Assembly (NCBI GenBank): GCA_037381445.1
Contig: JARRQT010000006.1
Span: 1-47,382, forward strand
Direction of reading: 5' to 3'
DNA length: 47,382 bases
From: Calditrichia bacterium
GTDB taxonomy: Bacteria > Calditrichota > Calditrichia > RBG-13-44-9
The notes under the pieces were generated by a model, which was not told the origin of the DNA, did not search any database, and worked only from the letters and a program-made list of their open reading frames with translations. This document shows positions 1 to 9,739 of the stretch, in pieces; position 1 is the first letter of the stretch; the number at the start of each line of letters is the position of its first letter. Made by a program: the position numbers and the translations under genes.

Positions 1-386
1 GAGTAGGACGGTTTCATGATAACCCGAAAGGAGGGAGGCAGCGGATTTTCGCTGAGGATACCCTTCAGGTCTTCGCCAAATGTTTTCCGGAATTCCTCCA
101 GCGCCTGCTCCCGCGAGATGAATATGACATCATCGACCTGAACATTTTGCGAAATCCTGTTTTTTAGCTGATCAATCCGGGAAGCGGAAAGAGAAGGATC
201 CAGAAATACTTCCAATTGCACTTCCTTGTAAAAGCGCAGGAAAACATCCTTCACATTCTGACCCACCAGACCGAATATGCCGATTAAACTCAGGGAAAGA
301 CTAATGGAGAGAATGGTGACAAACGCCGATACCCTGGCGCGTTTAAGACTCACGATTCCTTCTTTAATGAGAAATGCAATTTTCAT
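1..386 (-). CDS. ftsX: Cell division permease FtsX (5' part; runs off window start)
   Basis: Manual translation from ATG at 386: MKIAFLIKEGIVSLKRARVSAFVTILSISLSLSLIGIF...LEVFLD...FISREQALEEF...ENPLPPSFRV. Contains the FtsX motifs (S-[KR]-E-x-A-L-E-x-F, NPLP) and lies directly downstream of ftsE. Confidence 0.93.
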   Translation of the reverse strand, partial: MKIAFLIKEGIVSLKRARVSAFVTILSISLSLSLIGIFGLVGQNVKDVFLRFYKEVQLEVFLDPSLSASRIDQLKNRISQNVQVDDVIFISREQALEEFRKTFGEDLKGILSENPLPPSFRVIMKPSY

Positions 387-394
387 GGAAAAGA

Positions 395-1075
395 CTATAG
401 TTTAAGTAATTTTTTCTGTTCAATTTCGCGGTGAATAAGACCGTTTTCCAATATCACGGTGCGGTGCGGAGCAATGCGGATCAAATCGTAGTTATGAGTT
501 GCCATACAGACAGCCGTCCCGCTTTTGTTAATTTTTTCGAGCAGTTCTACTATCTCCCGCGATGCATCGGGATCCAGGTTTCCGGTGGGTTCATCTGCCA
601 GCAGAATGAACGGTTCGTTGACCAGCGCCCGGGCAATTGCCACCCGCTGCTTTTCTCCTCCCGATATGTCATTTGGCATGCGGTACCGTTTGTGGTTGAG
701 GCCAACCTGGGTCAGCACATTGAGCACCCTGCTTTTGATCTCTTTTCTGCCGGCCCCCATCACCTGCAGGGCGAAGGCGATGTTGTCATAAACGTTCCGG
801 TCTTCAAGTAATTTGAAATCCTGAAACACGACGCCTACCTTTCGCCGCAGGTAGGGGATATGCCGTTTCCGGATGGTGGATGAGCTGTATTTATCCACCC
901 GCACACTCCCCTGCGAGGGGAAAATATCCATGTAAATTAAACGCAGCAAAGTGGTTTTCCCCGCTCCGGTCTTTCCTATTAAATAAACAAATTCGCCCTT
1001 GTTGATCTTAAGGCTGATCCGGTTAAGTATGAAGCGATTTTCGGAGTCTACAGAAACATTAAAAAATTCGATCAT
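395..1075 (-). CDS. ftsE: Cell division ABC ATPase FtsE
   Basis: Walker A GKTGAGKTT, IPYLRRKVGVVFQDFKLL, signature ISGGEKQRVAIARALVN, Walker B LADEPTGNLDP; adjacent to ftsX. Confidence 0.95.
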   Translation of the reverse strand: MIEFFNVSVDSENRFILNRISLKINKGEFVYLIGKTGAGKTTLLRLIYMDIFPSQGSVRVDKYSSSTIRKRHIPYLRRKVGVVFQDFKLLEDRNVYDNIAFALQVMGAGRKEIKSRVLNVLTQVGLNHKRYRMPNDISGGEKQRVAIARALVNEPFILLADEPTGNLDPDASREIVELLEKINKSGTAVCMATHNYDLIRIAPHRTVILENGLIHREIEQKKLLKL

Positions 1076-1083
1076 AAATTGTT

Positions 1084-1863
1084 CTATTTTTGCAGTATAA
1101 AATGCGCCCGGTTGCTGTCCTCTTCGGCATCGAAAAAAGTAAAATCTTCAAAGACGCCAATCAAGCGGAAATTGGTCATCTCGCGGATGATTGCTTTGAT
1201 ATCCCGGAAAGAAAAGATGGTCTGGACATGTTTTTCCTCAAAGATGCCCTCCGGGGTATAAATCTTGAATTCATTTATCTGCTGCTGATTTTTAAAATCG
1301 TAAAATGAACTGCGCACATAGGCAATTTTTTTATTGATGACATCCTGCTCGTTGAAGCCGTCAAAATAGTGCTGACAAAAGATGCGGCTCACCGCATCAA
1401 ATATAAATAGACCGTTATCAGGCAGAAGTTCATAGACCCTGTCAAGGGATCTGGTAATTTCTTCCAGCGAATTGAGGTAATTGATGGAATCATAGAGACA
1501 GGTCATCACGGGATAACGTCCCGGTTCAATATGCTTGAGCTCGGGCAGGCTGTCAATGCGGAATTGCGTGTCCGGCAGCCTCTGAGCCGCCACTTTTAAC
1601 ATGGCGGCAGAAGGATCACAGCCTTCCGCGGGGATCTTAAGTTTTGTCAGTTCGGCAATAAACCTGCCCGTGCCGCAGCCGATATCCAGCACGGTAACCG
1701 GTAGTTCATGGTGTGCCTGAATGATCTTTTTAATATAATTCGCCCATTTTTCGTACTCCACATGGTCCATGATCTTGTCATAAATGACCGCAAGCTGCTC
1801 ATAAGGAGGGCTGGCAAAATGGTCCAGGTTTTCTGAGTTTTTAAATCGTCGGGATCGAAACAT
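1084..1863 (-). CDS. Class I SAM-dependent methyltransferase
   Basis: Motif I VLDIGCGTG, plus CLYDSINYL and GLFIFD. Confidence 0.85.
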   Translation of the reverse strand: MFRSRRFKNSENLDHFASPPYEQLAVIYDKIMDHVEYEKWANYIKKIIQAHHELPVTVLDIGCGTGRFIAELTKLKIPAEGCDPSAAMLKVAAQRLPDTQFRIDSLPELKHIEPGRYPVMTCLYDSINYLNSLEEITRSLDRVYELLPDNGLFIFDAVSRIFCQHYFDGFNEQDVINKKIAYVRSSFYDFKNQQQINEFKIYTPEGIFEEKHVQTIFSFRDIKAIIREMTNFRLIGVFEDFTFFDAEEDSNRAHFILQK

Positions 1864-2101
1864 ATTCTTCAGGTAATTTTATCGGCATTTGAAAATAACT
1901 GATTGCACTGTTAAATATTCGGAATCTATTGTCTTCAGATCATTGAAAATATAAGAGAATTTTAGGCCTTTAGGGAGCTAAATTTTTCTTAAAAGGTGAT
2001 AAATATTCCGATTCTAAGCGGCTGGCTATTTGACTTTCTTTTCAGGCTCAGCTGCAGGCGGCCGCATTTTTCCGGCGGGAAGTGCTCCCGCGAATAAAGA
2101 A

Positions 2102-2135
2102 GCCGCTGTCAAAGATAATGTTATCTGACAGCGGC
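2102..2135 (-). terminator. Rho-independent terminator downstream of icd
   Basis: Stem GCCGCTGTC/GACAGCGGC with inner AGATAA/TTATCT, followed on the minus strand by TTCTTTATT. Confidence 0.7.
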
Positions 2136-2196
2136 GATATTCTCTTTGGGATTATTTTGCAGAATCCAAAGCTAAATTCTTACAATCCCAGCAGGT

Positions 2197-3438
2197 CTAA
2201 AAATGATCCACGATGGCCCTGCCGAATTCGGAAGTTTTCAGCGGTTTCACATCGGGTCCAAGCTGCCGGGCCAGATCGTAGGTGACCTGCTTGTTCATGA
2301 TCGCCTTTTCCAGCGCGGTCTCTATGGTGCTGGCGACTTCCGGCCAGTTGAGGTATTGGAACATAAGCACGCCGGAAAGAATGACCGAAGACGGATTAAC
2401 CTTGTCCTGGCCGGTATATTTCGGAGCGGTTCCGTGGGTGGCCTCAAACAGTCCGTGCACATCGCCAATGTTTGCACCGGGTGCCATCCCCAAGCCGCCG
2501 ACCTGAGCAGCACAGGCATCGCTCAGATAATCGCCGTTCAGATTCGGCGTAGCGATCACATCATATTCGTCAGTCCTGGTGAGAATCTGCTGCAGCATAT
2601 TATCCGCGATACGGTCTTTAGCCAGTTTTTTCCCTTCGGGCAGTTTACCGTTGTAGTTATCATAAAGTTTGTCTTCCGTGATAAACATATCCCCATAGTT
2701 TTCTTTCAGCCACTGATATCCCCAATCCTTAAAGGCGCCTTCGGTATATTTCATGATGTTCCCTTTATGGACCAGGGTGAGTGAGCTGCGCTTGTTCTGA
2801 AGCAGATATTCAACAGCCTTTTTTACCAGTTTTTTCGAGGCCGTTTCGCTCATCGGTTTTACGCCAATGCCGGAATCCGGTGCGATATGGGTTTTCAGTT
2901 CGCTGTTCAAAAATTCAATGACCCGTTTGGCTTCCGGGCTGCCCATAGGCCACTCGATACCGGCGTACACATCCTCGGTATTTTCCCGAAATACGATCAC
3001 GTTCATCCGCTCGGGATGTTTTACCGGGCTGGGTACGCCCCGGTAATATTTCACCGGCCGGATACAGGTGTAGAGATTCAAAACCTGGCGGAGGGTCACA
3101 TTCAGGCTGCGGAAACCGCCGCCAATGGGCGTGGTAAGGGGGCCCTTGATGGCGATATAATATTTGCGAATGGTCTCTACGGTTTCGGCCGGCAGCCACT
3201 CGTTGTAAAGCTGTTTTGCTTTCTCCCCGGCGTAAATCTCAGTCCAGGCAATTTTTTTCTTGTCGCCATAGACTTTTTTCACGGCGGCATCGAACACATA
3301 TTGTGCCGCATTCCAGATATCGGGTCCGATACCATCGCCCTCAATGAAAGGTATAATGGGGTAATCGGGAATCTTCAATTGGTTTTTTTCCAGTATAATC
3401 GGCTGTCCAAAATCCGGGACCGAAATTTTCTCAGGCAT
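2197..3438 (-). CDS. icd: NADP-dependent isocitrate dehydrogenase
   Basis: [72 protein letters not shown]. Confidence 0.97.
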   Translation of the reverse strand: MPEKISVPDFGQPIILEKNQLKIPDYPIIPFIEGDGIGPDIWNAAQYVFDAAVKKVYGDKKKIAWTEIYAGEKAKQLYNEWLPAETVETIRKYYIAIKGPLTTPIGGGFRSLNVTLRQVLNLYTCIRPVKYYRGVPSPVKHPERMNVIVFRENTEDVYAGIEWPMGSPEAKRVIEFLNSELKTHIAPDSGIGVKPMSETASKKLVKKAVEYLLQNKRSSLTLVHKGNIMKYTEGAFKDWGYQWLKENYGDMFITEDKLYDNYNGKLPEGKKLAKDRIADNMLQQILTRTDEYDVIATPNLNGDYLSDACAAQVGGLGMAPGANIGDVHGLFEATHGTAPKYTGQDKVNPSSVILSGVLMFQYLNWPEVASTIETALEKAIMNKQVTYDLARQLGPDVKPLKTSEFGRAIVDHF

Positions 3439-3544
3439 ATTGACCTCCGTCTTTTTATGTAGGATCGTCTATAAATTAAAAAGAAGTTATATCATATCAA
3501 GTATAATTTCAAGCCTGATTTAGGCTCTTCCTTGTTCGTGTGAA

Positions 3545-4531
3545 TTAATTGGAAATTTTCAATACGATTTTTCCGGTATTGCGATTTTCTTCCATGTATT
3601 TATGGGCTTCTGCCACCGCTTCCCAGGAAAACACCCGGTCAATAACCGGATGGAGTTGTCCTTCTGCAAACCGCGGCATCGCGTATTGAGAAAATGCCGT
3701 GGTCAGCGCTACCTTGTAATCCAGCGGCCTGTTCCGCAAGGTTGATCCCATTATTTTCAATCGCTTTTTCATGAAGATGCGCAGATCAAAGCGATCGATC
3801 TGACTTCCGCTCATCATGGACAGGAATACCAGCTTCCCATCTATTGCCAGCACCGACAAATTCTGTTCCCAATAATTTGCACCGATAAAGTCAATCACCA
3901 GATCAACTCCCCGGCCCTGCGTCTCATCCAGTACTTCTTCGGCAAAAGTCCCATTATGGTAGTTGATAGCACCGATGGCGCCCAACTTTCTGCATGCCGC
4001 TAATTTTTCTTCCGATCCCGCGGTTATGATCGGTTTTGCTCCCATCTCCCGTGCCAGTTGAATGGCGGCGCTGCCTACGCCGCTGGCTCCGGCGTGAATC
4101 AAAACATACTGGTCCGGCTGAAGGTCTCCCAAAAAGGAGAGGGCCTGATAGGCGGTCAGGAATGCTTCGGGAAGTGAGGCCGCTTCTAAGAAAGTCAGAT
4201 TTTGCGGTTTTCGCATCGCCATCTTATGGTGAATGACGGCGTATTCGGCATAACCGCCCCCGGCGATCAAGCCCAAGACCGCCTCCCCTTCTTTCCATTC
4301 CGGGCAGTTTTTCCCTGCCCTCTCAACCACTCCGGCCAAATCCAGACCAAGAATAGGACTGGCGCCCGGGGGAGGCGCATAGTGACCCTGGCGCTGCAAA
4401 AGGTCGGCGCGGTTCAGCGAGGTTGCCTTTATCCTTATCAGAAGCTCAGTATCAGAGGGCTCCGGCCTGCCTGTTTCTCCCAGGACCAATTGGTCCGTTC
4501 CTCCGGGAGATTTTACAAGAACAGCTTTCAT
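3545..4531 (-). CDS. NAD(P)H-quinone oxidoreductase, PIG3 family (MDR superfamily)
   Basis: LNRADLLQRQGHYAPPPGASPILGL, GGGYAEY, VLIHAGASGVGSAAIQ, GSTLRNR, GKIVL. Confidence 0.92.
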   Translation of the reverse strand: MKAVLVKSPGGTDQLVLGETGRPEPSDTELLIRIKATSLNRADLLQRQGHYAPPPGASPILGLDLAGVVERAGKNCPEWKEGEAVLGLIAGGGYAEYAVIHHKMAMRKPQNLTFLEAASLPEAFLTAYQALSFLGDLQPDQYVLIHAGASGVGSAAIQLAREMGAKPIITAGSEEKLAACRKLGAIGAINYHNGTFAEEVLDETQGRGVDLVIDFIGANYWEQNLSVLAIDGKLVFLSMMSGSQIDRFDLRIFMKKRLKIMGSTLRNRPLDYKVALTTAFSQYAMPRFAEGQLHPVIDRVFSWEAVAEAHKYMEENRNTGKIVLKISN

Positions 4532-4776
4532 GATCTATCCTCGATTTCTGATTCTGAAAAAGCAAATATTAATAACTCATTTTCTACCAATATATTATGA
4601 AAGCGTTTCATTAAAAAGTTAAAGAATTGATGAACAAGCCAATTAATTGGAAAATATTGGAGAATATGCCAAATAGCTGTGCAAAATGCTGAGTGGTTAA
4701 TACTCTGAATTTCTAGCTGGTCGAACCGGCTTTCATGCTAGAAAATCGGGAGGATATTGGCGTAGAGCCAGTCTTT

Positions 4777-4953
4777 TTGTTTTTCGAATCGGATTGATGC
4801 CCCGACCACGGGAAGGACAGTCTGCTTCCGGACCAATAATTTGTGAATGTAAAAGGGGCTGATACGAGTTGAATCTCCCGATGGAGAGATGCATTCACAG
4901 CGGTCGGCATTTGCTGTCCTTACTTTTCAGAGAGGGAGCAACCCGAAAAATAA
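4777..4953. ncRNA. Candidate structured ncRNA with 6S RNA-like architecture (long rod with central bubble)
   Basis: Nested pairings found by eye: 4777-4786/4944-4953, TGCCCC/GGGAGCA, AAGGACAG 4813-4820/CTGTCCTT 4914-4921, CCGGACC/GGTCGG, TGTGAATG 4842-4849/CATTCACA 4892-4899, ATCTC/GAGAT. About 180 nt, intergenic. G-U pairs weakly favour the + strand. Confidence 0.4.
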
Positions 4954-5012
4954 GTTGCAGGTGCTTAAAACGGAACTATCAAGCCTATATCCTTGATGGA
5001 AAATTGCTGAGT

Positions 5013-5252
5013 CTATTCTTTTTTGTCGGACTTCTCGGATTTTGCAGAGTTGCTGGTATCCGAAAAATGTTTTTTACGGTAATCAGTGATGTAAAATCCA
5101 GATCCCTTGAATATCAGACCTGATCCGCCGGTGATGACCCGTTCCAGTTTTCCGCCGCAGGACGGGCATTTCTCGAGAGGAGGATCCACAATACTCTGAA
5201 AGCTTTCGAATTGCATGTTGCACTGCTTGCAATGATACGTATACGTTGGCAC
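5013..5252 (-). CDS. FmdB-family zinc ribbon protein
   Basis: MPTYTYHCKQC...CPSCGG...GLIFKGSGFYITDY; GTG start with a GGAG RBS. Confidence 0.92.
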   Translation of the reverse strand: MPTYTYHCKQCNMQFESFQSIVDPPLEKCPSCGGKLERVITGGSGLIFKGSGFYITDYRKKHFSDTSNSAKSEKSDKKE

Positions 5253-5264
5253 TTCTATACTCCA

Positions 5265-6470
5265 TTATGCTTTTTTTATTAAATCCATCATCTGGTCCAT
5301 GCCGTTAATTAAAAGCTTCATTCCTTTTTCGATCTGCGCTTCCGAGGTGGCGAAGGAGATCCGGATGTAATCGTCGGCGCCGAAGGCGGCGCCGGGCACG
5401 GTCACCAGATGATAGTTTTCAGTAAAATATGTGGAAAAATTTACTGAGTCGGTAATCAGATAATCGCCGCACTTGCAGCCGTACATGTCGGACACCCGGA
5501 TGAAAAAATAGAAGGCCCCCCTGGGATTGACATAGGAAAAATAGGGACGGCTGTTCAGTTGAGTGCAGATCATATTTCGCCTGGCTTCAAAGGTCTGGCG
5601 CATTCTTTCGATTTCCTGCTGCGGACCGATCAATGCTTCCAGGGCTGCTTTTTGCGAGATGGAAGAGGCATTTGAAGTATAATGGCTCTGGATTTTTGAC
5701 ATTCCTTTAACGGCGGCAGGAGGTCCGGCGGCATATCCGATTCGCCAGCCTGTCATCGCGTATGATTTTGAGACACCGTTGATCACAATGCTCTTTTCAA
5801 TCAGATTTCCGAAAGTGGCAATGCTGACATGTTTCAGATTGTCAAAAATTATTTTTTCATAAATTTCGTCGGCAATTATCCAGATATCTTTCCTGATAAG
5901 AATATCCGCAAGGGCCCGGAGTTCCTCTTCCGTGTAAACTACGCCGGTGGGATTACAGGGACTGTTCAATATGATTGCCCGGGTTTTGGAGGTGATGCTT
6001 TTTTCCAGACTCTCCGGGTTAATTTTAAAATTTGTTTTTGTGGTATCGATAATCCTGGGTACGGCGCCGGCAATTTTTACCTGCTCCGGATAGCTGACCC
6101 AATATGGGGAAGCGAACAGAACCTCGTCGCCTTCTTCTACCAGCGCGAACAGCGCATTCAGAATGGATTGCTTCGCGCCGTTGGATACAATGATCTGGTC
6201 TGCCGAGAATTCAAGATTGTTGTCTTTTTTCAATTTCCGGGCGATTGCTTCCCGCAGTTCCGGAATTCCCGTATTTGCCGTATAGCGGGTAAAGCCGTTG
6301 TTGATGGCTTCAATCCCGGCCTGACAGATATTCGCGGGGGTATTAAAATCGGGCTCTCCTGCCGTCAGGTCCACTACATCAATGCCCTGTGCCTTGAGCT
6401 GCAATGCCTTTTCTTTGACCTGCAATGTTTTCGATGCTTCGACTCTGGATAACCGGGATGCCAGTTTCAT
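5265..6470 (-). CDS. aspC: PLP-dependent aspartate aminotransferase (class I/II)
   Basis: AGEPDF, YTANTGIPELR, GAKQ, NSPCNPTG, DEIY, SKSYAMTGWRIGY (PLP lysine). Confidence 0.88.
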   Translation of the reverse strand: MKLASRLSRVEASKTLQVKEKALQLKAQGIDVVDLTAGEPDFNTPANICQAGIEAINNGFTRYTANTGIPELREAIARKLKKDNNLEFSADQIIVSNGAKQSILNALFALVEEGDEVLFASPYWVSYPEQVKIAGAVPRIIDTTKTNFKINPESLEKSITSKTRAIILNSPCNPTGVVYTEEELRALADILIRKDIWIIADEIYEKIIFDNLKHVSIATFGNLIEKSIVINGVSKSYAMTGWRIGYAAGPPAAVKGMSKIQSHYTSNASSISQKAALEALIGPQQEIERMRQTFEARRNMICTQLNSRPYFSYVNPRGAFYFFIRVSDMYGCKCGDYLITDSVNFSTYFTENYHLVTVPGAAFGADDYIRISFATSEAQIEKGMKLLINGMDQMMDLIKKA

Positions 6471-6521
6471 GTTTTCTTTCCGCTGTTTGGTGACTCAGTT
6501 CATCTATTCTTTAGATCGCCG

Positions 6522-6557
6522 TTAAATAATAAAGGAACGGATGAAATTCCGCTCCTT
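6522..6557 (-). terminator. Rho-independent terminator downstream of pta
   Basis: Minus strand AAAGGAGCGGA-loop-TCCGTTCCTTT followed by ATTATTT. Confidence 0.6.
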
Positions 6558-6606
6558 TTGTAATATAATCGAATAATTGTTTTAAAAGCCATAGCGAATA
6601 AAAATA

Positions 6607-7581
6607 TCAGGACAGAATGCTGCAAATGGCCGCGACATTCACAATGTCATCCACGCTGCACCCCCGCGAGAGGTCGTTGTAGGGTCTTGCCAGTCCCTGA
6701 ATAACCGGTCCCACCGCTTCCGCCCCGGCAAGACGCTGAACAAGCTTATATCCGATGTTTCCCGCATTCAGGTCCGGGAAAACAAACACATTTGCATCAC
6801 CGGCTACCGGCGAACCCGGCGCTTTGCGTTTTCCGATCTCCGGAATGAATGCAGCATCGAACTGCAGTTCACCGTCAACCTTTAATTCAGGGGCAGTTTT
6901 TTTGATGATTTCCGTTGCCTCAATGACCTTGTCCGCCAGAGGATGTTTGGCGCTGCCTTTGGTTGAAAATGAGAGCATCGCGACTCGTGGTTCAGTGCCA
7001 GCAAGTCTCCGGTGGGTATTTGCCGAGCTGATGGCAATGCTGGCAAGCTGCGGGGGATCGGGATCAGGAATGACCGCGCAATCCGCGAAGGTCAAGATAT
7101 CATTATTTGGTACTACCATTAAAAAACAGCTGGAGACCACATTGACCTTCGGCATTAATCCGACAATCTGAATTGCGGCCCGTAAAACATCACCTGTGGT
7201 GTTGACCGAGCCTGCCACCGCGCCGGCAGCCAAGTTTTCATGAAGCATCATGGCACCGTAATAGAGCGGATTTTCCATGCTTTTTCTGGCCGCGTCTTCG
7301 GTGAGCCCTTTGTGCTTCCTCAGTTCAAAATATTTATTGCTGAAGTCATTAAAATCCGGTTGACGGGCCGGCTCATAAATTTTTGCTTGCGACAAATTGA
7401 CATTCAATGCATCCGCTTTTTCCTGAATGGCATCAGCATTTCCCAAAAGAATGGGATTGGCGATTTTTTCTGAAATTAATATGTGGGCTGCTTTGATTAC
7501 CCGGCCTTCTGTGCCTTCCGGTAAGACGATTGATTTAAGGTTTTGCTGTGCCTGAGTGCGAATTCTTTCAATTAGCTCCAT
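6607..7581 (-). CDS. pta: Phosphate acetyltransferase (short form)
   Basis: [57 protein letters not shown]. Confidence 0.96.
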   Translation of the reverse strand: MELIERIRTQAQQNLKSIVLPEGTEGRVIKAAHILISEKIANPILLGNADAIQEKADALNVNLSQAKIYEPARQPDFNDFSNKYFELRKHKGLTEDAARKSMENPLYYGAMMLHENLAAGAVAGSVNTTGDVLRAAIQIVGLMPKVNVVSSCFLMVVPNNDILTFADCAVIPDPDPPQLASIAISSANTHRRLAGTEPRVAMLSFSTKGSAKHPLADKVIEATEIIKKTAPELKVDGELQFDAAFIPEIGKRKAPGSPVAGDANVFVFPDLNAGNIGYKLVQRLAGAEAVGPVIQGLARPYNDLSRGCSVDDIVNVAAICSILS

Positions 7582-7710
7582 TTCCTACTCCTTCCGCCGT
7601 AATTATTAAAATTCTTGAAGGCGTAAATTTAATAATAATTTAAATTCAATCAATAGGATTATTTTTAAAAAGGGGCAGCAGGAGGGATGAGCGGAGCAGG
7701 ACTTAAAAAT

Positions 7711-8205
7711 TTATTTTGCTCCGATTTTCCTGAGCAATTCCGCCTCCACAACCCTGGGCACAAAATTTGAGACATCTCCGCCCAAACGGGCCACTTCTTT
7801 AACAATAGTCGAGTTCAGGTAGGTATGCTTTTCATGAGGCATCATGAACACGGTGGTAATTTCGTCAGCAAGCCGGCGATTCATAAGCGCCATCTGCAGC
7901 TCATACTCGAAATCCGAAACCGCACGCAGGCCGCGGATAATAGCAACCGCTTTTTTCTCTCTGGCATAATTAACCAGTAAGCCGTCAAATCCCTCCACTG
8001 AGACGGTGCCGTTAATATTTTTCTCTTTGCAGGATTTGCGGATCAAATCTGCCCGCTCTTCCATGCTGAAAAGGGGAGATTTGGATGGATTTATTGCAAT
8101 GGTGACAATGATATGATCAAACAGCTTTAACGCCCGTTCCAGTATATCCAGATGGCCGAAAGTGATTGGATCAAAAGTCCCTGGATAAATTGCCAAACGC
8201 CTCAT
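7711..8205 (-). CDS. coaD: Phosphopantetheine adenylyltransferase
   Basis: YPGTFDPITFGHLD, IIRGLRAVSDFEYELQMALMN, STIVKEVA. Confidence 0.97.
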   Translation of the reverse strand: MRRLAIYPGTFDPITFGHLDILERALKLFDHIIVTIAINPSKSPLFSMEERADLIRKSCKEKNINGTVSVEGFDGLLVNYAREKKAVAIIRGLRAVSDFEYELQMALMNRRLADEITTVFMMPHEKHTYLNSTIVKEVARLGGDVSNFVPRVVEAELLRKIGAK

Positions 8206-8619
8206 TCTATCCCCTTTCTTCCAAAAAAAGTGATAAGAGTTCTGTCAAATTTTTTCTGGCGTATTATTTCGTAAATGTTGGTTTCCCATTCAATGGTCTG
8301 GCTCTTTTCATTTTCCAGCATGAAAATGCCGTACTCTGTCAGATTTTCAGGCAGAAAGGCAAGTGGCAACAGTTCAATTAATTTGTCCCATTTATAGGGT
8401 GGATCAGCAAATATGAGATCGAAGGGTATTTTGTTCTGGCGGAGGAAGGTCAACACATTTTTTCGGACCACCTCATACGGTTCCTGGATTCTGACATGAT
8501 CCAGGTTTTTCTTCAGCACTTTAATCGAATTGAATGAGTTGAGCTGTTGTCGGACGGATAGACTGATTTTTGGCTGAGAAAAGGTGATGTCCTTTGTACT
8601 TTCCGGCTATTATTCGCAT
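8202..8619 (-). pseudogene. rsmD: 16S rRNA m2G966 methyltransferase RsmD, internally deleted and frameshifted
   Basis: N-terminal fragment 8619-8521 reads MRIIAGKYKGHHLFSAKNQSIRPTT then goes out of frame to a stop. The C-terminal frame reads NSFNSIKVLKKNL...FDLIFADPPY. The SAM-binding LDLFAGSG segment is absent. The rsmD-coaD arrangement is canonical. Confidence 0.85.
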
Positions 8620-8637
8620 AAAATATCTGCAGGCGCC

Positions 8638-9717
8638 CTATATTGAATTATAATAGGAGAGACTTAATCTGGTTGACAGGTTTTTCCCTGAAATCGTTTG
8701 TAAATTATATGGAAAAATTGACAATTTGTTTATTCGAATCATTGGGTAGGCGGATATTATGCCGGAAATGAATTTCATAATGTTGCCTTTTTGCCCGTTT
8801 AAATTAACATAATAGAGCGTTTCTCGGTATCCATTATGATCGATGATTTTTCCCTGCTTAAAATAGGGCAATTTGACCTGGTTTTTCTGCGCCAGTCCGG
8901 TAAGTTCCTTTTTAATGTCCTTGGGTTGGATATCAACGGAGATTTTTGAGACAGGGGATGCGATCTGCCCTGAGCTAATCGGAGTGCTAAGATCAGCATA
9001 AATTAGTTGATTCCCGTCTTCATATTTGTTTTGCACCGAAACCACATGAAAAGCAAGAGCCGGGAAAGCTTTTTTAAGATCCACGGTAAATTGCGCGATT
9101 TGATCGCGGGAATCCCCCAGCACAGTTAGATTAATTTCGGTGGGAGTCATAACGATTAATGAATAATCCGCGGAAGCTGGTTTTTTGACAAAAAAATCCT
9201 GCAATTGGGTATCCAGAAAATTATTGGAAGCAACATTGGTTTGATAGACGGGCATAATTCCCTGAGAAATAGCCGGTGATTGCGAAGTGGAAGTCTCCGA
9301 TTCAGTGCCGGGCACTGCTGGTTTTTCGGCGCCGCTTTTCATGAATTGAAAGATGAAGAAAATTATGACAAGTAGTATAGCCGCCGCTGCACCAAAGATG
9401 ATATAGATTCTTTTTTGTGATGATACCGGTCCGGGATAAAAATCCTTATTCGGAGTAATGGAGCGGTCCACTGGTCTCTCCTCGGTGCGAGCCCGGGGCG
9501 CTTCCTCAAATTCGGGTAGCTCTGTTTTTGTCTCCGGTTCCCTTTCCACATCGGCGCGCGGGAAAAATGATTCCGTTGATTCGAAACTCAAATCAATATT
9601 ATTATCTATTTGAGAAGATTTTTCTTTTTTGGTGAATTCTTCTTCAATTTGTTTGACATCTTCAGCTTCGGATGCAAACGTGACAGGTGAGTCAGACTTA
9701 AAATTTATCTTAACCAT
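8638..9717 (-). CDS. Bitopic membrane protein, putative PilN/PilO-like fusion
   Basis: N-terminal MVKINF (similar to the PilN INLLP motif), acidic linker, one TM helix (IYIIFGAAAAILLVIIFFIF), then two alpha/beta segments resembling PilN (LTVLGDSRDQIAQFTVDLK) and PilO (VNLNGQKGNIMKFISGI...IRINKLSI). Confidence 0.55.
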   Translation of the reverse strand: MVKINFKSDSPVTFASEAEDVKQIEEEFTKKEKSSQIDNNIDLSFESTESFFPRADVEREPETKTELPEFEEAPRARTEERPVDRSITPNKDFYPGPVSSQKRIYIIFGAAAAILLVIIFFIFQFMKSGAEKPAVPGTESETSTSQSPAISQGIMPVYQTNVASNNFLDTQLQDFFVKKPASADYSLIVMTPTEINLTVLGDSRDQIAQFTVDLKKAFPALAFHVVSVQNKYEDGNQLIYADLSTPISSGQIASPVSKISVDIQPKDIKKELTGLAQKNQVKLPYFKQGKIIDHNGYRETLYYVNLNGQKGNIMKFISGIISAYPMIRINKLSIFPYNLQTISGKNLSTRLSLSYYNSI

Positions 9718-9739
9718 GACCTATACCCCCCTTTTTCGA

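Noticed and set aside
4822-4836. Minus-strand GGTCCGGAAGCAG resembling SRP RNA helix 8
   Set aside because: Lacks the full CAGG-TCC-GGAA-GGA-AGCAG pattern; the tetraloop stem cannot close.
4855-4880. GGGGCTGAT resembling the tmRNA 5' end
   Set aside because: No GGATTCGAC continuation, no T-arm or CCA 3' end and no tag reading frame.
4713-4910. 65-aa minus-strand ORF with an AAGGA upstream
   Set aside because: No recognisable motif, and it overlaps the structured-RNA candidate; not excluded but unsupported.
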